A DNA stretch of 64,000 bases, from positions 61,264 through 125,263 of IMG/VR virus record IMGVR_UViG_3300037264_003921, one strand, 5' to 3'. This DNA comes from a virus. Shown piece by piece: positions 59,672 to 64,000 of this stretch. Numbering within the stretch: the stretch's first letter is position 1; each line of letters opens with the position of its first letter. The notes below the pieces were generated by a model that had not been told where the DNA came from, searched no databases, and saw only the letters and a list, made by a program, of their open reading frames with translations. The translations under genes and the position numbers were made by a program.

Positions 59672-59675
59672 ATCA

Positions 59676-59712
59676 ATTGTGGCCGGACATCGTAATGGTG
59701 CCCGGCCACAAT
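59676..59712 (+). terminator. hairpin terminator after SSB
   Basis: attgtggccgg...ccggccacaat. Confidence 0.7.
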
Positions 59713-59717
59713 AATAT

Positions 59718-60620
59718 ATGAATCATGATAGTATGTTGATTGACGGGAAAAACAACATATATCGTAGTGTATTTGCTGGATATGCCGATGAACGATTTAA
59801 GAGTTCTGGCCATGATTATTTCATAATTTTCTTGAGATTCTTATCAAATTACATTAATAAATTCAGGCCAAAATCAGTACACATGTTTTGGGATGCACCA
59901 ATCCACACATTATGGAGGAAGCAACTATATCCAGCATATAAAGAACAACGTGTTGATGCTTATAATGATTATTATGGATTAGACGTCAAATCTGAGATTA
60001 AACGACAAATGGTTGTAACAATTCAGATGTTAAAGTATCTGAATGTAAGACAATATTTTAAAGACGGTCAAGAGGCCGATGATTTGATATATGCTTTTGT
60101 TCATTCAAATTTTAACAAACAAAATTTGATAGTATCTAGTGATGGCGATTTTCGTCAGATATTATTCAGATTTAACAATGCTTCGATGTATAATCCATTA
60201 AAGAAGAGTGGGAATGGATTAGAAGACAAACCAGAGCGCGATCCAGTTTTAATAAAATCGTTTATAGGTGATAAATCAGACAATATATCAGGATATTATC
60301 AAATTGGAAAGGTTAAAGTTAAGCCATTAGTGGATGATCTGTTGGCTAGAAAAAGATTCTTCGAATCTGATAAGGCCATTGCCACTGTAAATGGCGAACG
60401 TAAAGTAGCTGGCGACAGTGTGTTTAATTTAAATAGGCTAATAATCGACCTCGCATTGTGTCCTAGTCTTCATGACAATCTAGCGTTCGTTGAACGAAAA
60501 CAGACTGACAAAGTGTCATTTGACATGAAACAATTAGAGGATACAATACAGAGATGTAAATTGCGTGGAGTCATGTCTGAAATAAATAATTTAGCTGTGC
60601 CGTTTAAACATCTTCAGTGA
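59718..60620 (+). CDS. 5'-3' exonuclease / T4 RNase H-like flap nuclease
   Basis: IDG.N, WD, YK..R, EADD, SSDGDF.Q, GDKSDNI.G. Confidence 0.92.
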   Translation: MNHDSMLIDGKNNIYRSVFAGYADERFKSSGHDYFIIFLRFLSNYINKFRPKSVHMFWDAPIHTLWRKQLYPAYKEQRVDAYNDYYGLDVKSEIKRQMVVTIQMLKYLNVRQYFKDGQEADDLIYAFVHSNFNKQNLIVSSDGDFRQILFRFNNASMYNPLKKSGNGLEDKPERDPVLIKSFIGDKSDNISGYYQIGKVKVKPLVDDLLARKRFFESDKAIATVNGERKVAGDSVFNLNRLIIDLALCPSLHDNLAFVERKQTDKVSFDMKQLEDTIQRCKLRGVMSEINNLAVPFKHLQ

Positions 60621-60648
60621 TAAATATTGTTATTAGAAAGGAATCGTC

Positions 60649-61200
60649 ATGATAAAAATTATAGGATTGGTTGGGTTAATGCTATTCGCTGTGGCTGGTG
60701 TTGGATGTAAGACGACTGATGTTTCTGATGGAGATCTAGCAAATGAGGTCTACACAGTTTCAAAGTCAACATCTAGTCTTGTTGCTACTCTGATTTTCAA
60801 CAAGAATCCTGATAAGGTGGTTGCCCTTAAAGCTAATGCAGCTGTTGTGTCGTCTACGATTAGGACTCATGTAGTTCTAGTATTTTCTGGTGGCACCTCT
60901 GGGGACCTTTTAAAGTCGTCTGTCGATGCTGCTTTAGTGTTATTGTCCACTAAATTAGATCCATTATTGGTCGATGTAGTGAAATTAGCTATGGATCTTG
61001 CAGCAGACAGAATAGATCTCCCACAAAATCCAGCTGAAAAGTTGAGTGACAGAACGCGTATGGCATTATTGGCATTTTTTAATGGCGTAGCTGATGGCCT
61101 GGATGCTGCTGCTACTGCGGTTGTTCCAACTCAGTCTAGCGGATCTAACCAATTAAATCCGCATGGCATATATGAAATTATTAGATGGCCAAATAGGTAA
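60649..61200 (+). CDS. putative lipoprotein
   Basis: Signal peptide with VG-C lipobox-like site. Confidence 0.6.
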   Translation: MIKIIGLVGLMLFAVAGVGCKTTDVSDGDLANEVYTVSKSTSSLVATLIFNKNPDKVVALKANAAVVSSTIRTHVVLVFSGGTSGDLLKSSVDAALVLLSTKLDPLLVDVVKLAMDLAADRIDLPQNPAEKLSDRTRMALLAFFNGVADGLDAAATAVVPTQSSGSNQLNPHGIYEIIRWPNR

Positions 61201-61203
61201 TCT

Positions 61204-61443
61204 ATGAAAAAATATCTGATTTGTTTGACAGCGCTGATTTGTTTGAGTGGATGCTCGAGTCTCGACAAGGTATTTGTAAATGCTGTTGATGCTTCGTATG
61301 TTGATGTAATCCATTCAAGGTATGTTGATTATATAACGAATGACCCAACGATCGATGTGAGTACTAAACTTATCAGAGCCAAAACAGCACATGATCTAAA
61401 AGACCTTATTGAACAAGCGAAAAAGAAGCTAGATAAGGATTAG
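61204..61443 (+). CDS. putative lipoprotein
   Basis: MKK-hydrophobic-LSGC lipobox. Confidence 0.7.
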   Translation: MKKYLICLTALICLSGCSSLDKVFVNAVDASYVDVIHSRYVDYITNDPTIDVSTKLIRAKTAHDLKDLIEQAKKKLDKD

Positions 61444-61447
61444 ACGA

Positions 61448-61795
61448 ATGACATCTGTTGATTGGACGCCTCTAACCGCTAAGATTTTAGATATATTAAA
61501 AACAAGTCTAAAGGACTATTGGGATGCTGATGGCGTTCCTGCGTTTGTAGAAGACATGGCTGGACAATATGCGCGTTGGACCATATTGATAGCCAGCACT
61601 AATGATCCATTAAAGAAAAAAGAATATGAAGAGAACCTTAGAGATTTAAACGCACAAGTTCACATTAAAATAGCAAGTGCTGCAATGACACTGGACGACG
61701 CTGCAAGACAGACATTTGCTGCTGTCCTAAGAACTGTTGGTGGATTCATATTAAAGACATTTGCACCTGTGCTGTTAACGGCTTTTGGGTTATAA
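61448..61795 (+). CDS. hypothetical helical protein with hydrophobic C-terminus
   Basis: 115 aa. Confidence 0.6.
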   Translation: MTSVDWTPLTAKILDILKTSLKDYWDADGVPAFVEDMAGQYARWTILIASTNDPLKKKEYEENLRDLNAQVHIKIASAAMTLDDAARQTFAAVLRTVGGFILKTFAPVLLTAFGL

Positions 61796-61807
61796 TATGA
61801 GGATATA

Positions 61808-62125
61808 ATGATAAGAGAAGAAGTTTATAAACTGATCGATGGAGAGCGTGATTATCAAAATACTAAATGGAGCAGCCCACCTGACTTATTACACACTCCG
61901 ACAGAATTTATCCTATATATAGATGACTATGTTAGGCAGGGAATCAGTCAAGCAACTCGCAATACTAATCCAGAAGCAACACAAATATGTCTTGATACAA
62001 TACGCAAAATAGCAGCGTTGGCTGTTGCCTGTATGGAGCAGCATGAAACTCAAGCTAGAGCTATTGTAAAAAAGGATTATCCAAGTTGTGATTATTCCTC
62101 CGTTGCCAGCGACGGCTATTGCTAA
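61808..62125 (+). CDS. MazG-like nucleotide pyrophosphohydrolase-fold protein
   Basis: ER.YQ..KW, H...EF..YI, RKIAALAVACME. Confidence 0.55.
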   Translation: MIREEVYKLIDGERDYQNTKWSSPPDLLHTPTEFILYIDDYVRQGISQATRNTNPEATQICLDTIRKIAALAVACMEQHETQARAIVKKDYPSCDYSSVASDGYC

Positions 62126-62146
62126 GATATGGCTAGTGGAGGCCCA

Positions 62147-62302
62147 ATGAAAACGCGGCGATGCAGATCGTGGACCCCGCGCGAGGTAACGCGCGCGTGG
62201 GGCATGAAGCGCCGTGGGAAGTCAAACCGAGAAATAGGGAAAGCCTTAGGGCGGTCCGCTGCATCCGTGCACTACATGATCGGGGTCACTCATGACCAGT
62301 GA
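62147..62302 (+). CDS. small HTH protein (51 aa) in GC-rich islet (not in ORF track)
   Basis: WTPREV.......GKSNREIGKALGRS..SV; GGAGG RBS. Confidence 0.65.
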   Translation: MKTRRCRSWTPREVTRAWGMKRRGKSNREIGKALGRSAASVHYMIGVTHDQ

Positions 62303-62335
62303 GGAGATTTTCTTAGCATATTGCAAATATAAAGT

Positions 62336-62881
62336 ATGGCTAAGAAACGTTCGAAAAATTATAACCCAATAATGGCTGCTCGTCAAGCTTTGCGGAGGGC
62401 CTTTTCACGTTCACCTATAATTTTAGAATTGATGAAGGAAAATCGGCGTAAGGTTCCACGTTTTAAAAAGGATGGCTCCCGCCATAAGGTTGATGCAGTA
62501 GAACATTTGTGTGATGTTTGTAGTTGTTGGAAACGGTCGACTAAGGATTCTAAAATAGCCATTGATCATATTAAACCAGTAATAGACCCTGAAATTGGGT
62601 TTGTGGACTTGAATACTTATTTTGATAGGCTGTGGTGTCATCGTTCGAATTTGCGGAAGATCTGCCAGTCGTGTCATACAAGGAAAAATAATTCTGAAAG
62701 ATTTGTCAAAAAATTTAAAGAAGAACAAAAACTATTAACACGTTTAGAATTATGTCATAATAAAGACGAGATTAAAAATAGTCTTAAACGCTTTACTAAG
62801 AAGAAATTGTCAAAATTTCCATATCCGGATGAATTCAAACGAAGAATAGACGCCATTAGAAATGGTTTGAAGAATAAATAA
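62336..62881 (+). CDS. HNH endonuclease
   Basis: CDVC, IDHI.PV, NL..ICQSCH..K. Confidence 0.85.
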   Translation: MAKKRSKNYNPIMAARQALRRAFSRSPIILELMKENRRKVPRFKKDGSRHKVDAVEHLCDVCSCWKRSTKDSKIAIDHIKPVIDPEIGFVDLNTYFDRLWCHRSNLRKICQSCHTRKNNSERFVKKFKEEQKLLTRLELCHNKDEIKNSLKRFTKKKLSKFPYPDEFKRRIDAIRNGLKNK

Positions 62882-62903
62882 ATTACATTTATAGGGTAAT
62901 TAT

Positions 62904-63080
62904 ATGGCGTGTGGCGGATGTGGAAATAGGAAGCCTCAACCACCACCAAAAAGCTCATCTAAGTCGTGTGTAAAATGTAGTTGGCCAACTCGTAAAGTTA
63001 ATAAATATAACATTAAATCGCGTAAAAATGATATAATGAATGTCTGTGTCAATGCTAGATGTAAATATTCATCGTCATGA
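62904..63080 (+). CDS. small Cys-rich protein (58 aa, below ORF-track cutoff)
   Basis: MACGGCG...CVKC...CVNARC; coupled to next gene. Confidence 0.6.
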   Translation: MACGGCGNRKPQPPPKSSSKSCVKCSWPTRKVNKYNIKSRKNDIMNVCVNARCKYSSS

Positions 63081-63436
63081 TTAACGAACTAATTTGTTTT
63101 GTGGCAATTGTAATATGCGTAGAAGCTATTACTGAGATTATAGTTAGTTCTGAATTAATGTTTAGTATTAGGGACATACTGTCAAGAATGTCTCCTAATT
63201 TTATGGGAAGATTATTAAACTGCGGTTATTGCACATCAGTATGGGTATCTGCATGCTTTGCACTATTTGCACCTAAATTATTTAATATATATATATTAGA
63301 CTACGTCATAAGCATGTTTGTAATACATAGATTGTCAAACATGTTACATGAATTATTTAAAAGATGGCTTGATAGAGTCCCATTTAATATTGTAATCCAC
63401 AAAATTTGGAGTAAAGATGATGCAAAAAGAGATTAA
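63077..63436 (+). CDS. DUF1360-like membrane protein
   Basis: TM helices, LL.CGYCTSVW. Confidence 0.65.
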   Translation: MINELICFVAIVICVEAITEIIVSSELMFSIRDILSRMSPNFMGRLLNCGYCTSVWVSACFALFAPKLFNIYILDYVISMFVIHRLSNMLHELFKRWLDRVPFNIVIHKIWSKDDAKRD

Positions 63437-63767
63437 AGGATTAGAAAAAGTAGTCGTAAAAAACAAAATGCAACTTGATGTTGCATTACAACCATTCATG
63501 AATGACACAACAATCAGGAAATTGTTAATTGAGGGCATGGACATTATAAAGCGCCAGAGCGAGTTCGTTGGTGTCAATGTTGATGATGAAGCTTTTGGTG
63601 GTTATAAGCCAGCTGCGCCAGCAATTGGACAGAGATATGTATGGGTTGACACGTTGATAGAAAAGCGGCTTGACGCTAAACGTGACGGATTGAAAATTGT
63701 ATGGAATTTAGCTGATGGGAAATTTGAGTTCGATCCGTGGGGTATGAAACTGGAACAGGTGAAGTAA
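63417..63767 (+). CDS. hypothetical protein
   Basis: 116 aa. Confidence 0.6.
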   Translation: MMQKEIKGLEKVVVKNKMQLDVALQPFMNDTTIRKLLIEGMDIIKRQSEFVGVNVDDEAFGGYKPAAPAIGQRYVWVDTLIEKRLDAKRDGLKIVWNLADGKFEFDPWGMKLEQVK

Positions 63768-63777
63768 GTAGTGATAA

Positions 63778-63960
63778 TTGCAAAATTTGCACATCATTAG
63801 TGAAGTTGCGATAACTGGATTGGCCATTTCATCGTTAATGTACTGGTCATTGCTATTGTGCGGCCGAATAAGCAATGATAAACATTATATGAGATGGTGG
63901 TTAAAAATTATAGTTCCGCAAGGCGTAATTATAGCATTGGCTATTAAGATGATTATATGA
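63778..63960 (+). CDS. small membrane protein
   Basis: Two hydrophobic stretches, 60 aa. Confidence 0.45.
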   Translation: MQNLHIISEVAITGLAISSLMYWSLLLCGRISNDKHYMRWWLKIIVPQGVIIALAIKMII

Positions 63961-64000
63961 AACAACTAACAGTTGATCTTGCACAATACGACTCAATAAT

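Noticed and set aside
1-64000. Stop-codon reassignment, as in some jumbo phages
   Set aside because: Conserved genes are full length in the standard code and end in TAA, TAG or TGA; read-through does not repair the dnaE breaks
1-64000. tRNA, rRNA, reverse transcriptase/DGR, transposase or integrase
   Set aside because: No cloverleaf/T-loop signature or catalytic motifs seen by eye; tRNAscan and Infernal not run

Overview
The window is a 64-kb piece of an AT-rich (roughly one-third G+C by eye), large or jumbo myovirus-type phage genome using the standard genetic code. The left arm (1-38.7 kb) is mostly on the minus strand. It carries a T4-like tail and neck module (baseplate hub proteins, two tail tubes, sheath, gp15/gp14/gp13-like proteins), two endonuclease::Mom-like fusion genes, a nucleotide-metabolism operon, a gp55-like late sigma factor, SbcCD, a 2OG oxygenase, large virion/fibre proteins and an actin-like ATPase. 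The right arm (39.3-64 kb) is mostly on the plus strand. It carries GroES, KdsA, an HD hydrolase, a fragmented DnaE, UDG, RecA, a DnaB-type helicase, a short PolA, UvsY-like and gp32-like proteins, a 5'-3' exonuclease, lipoproteins, a MazG-like protein and an HNH nuclease. Main observations: (1) A PurZ-type synthetase (Asp->Ser in the P-loop) lies in an operon with an N-glycosidase-like and a DeoC-like gene, with DatZ-like and MazG-like genes elsewhere, suggesting a 2-aminoadenine (Z) or related purine-substitution system in a DnaE-using myophage. (2) DnaE is broken into four ORFs, with a degenerate split-Hint (intein-like) remnant and a +1 break inside the catalytic PDxDxD motif. (3) A ~250-nt highly structured non-coding element with direct repeats sits at the strand switch, upstream of a nuclease. 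(4) Several GC-rich foreign islets are present, including an IscA/ErpA gene flanked by an 8-bp direct repeat. All calls come from motif recognition by eye; no searches were run.
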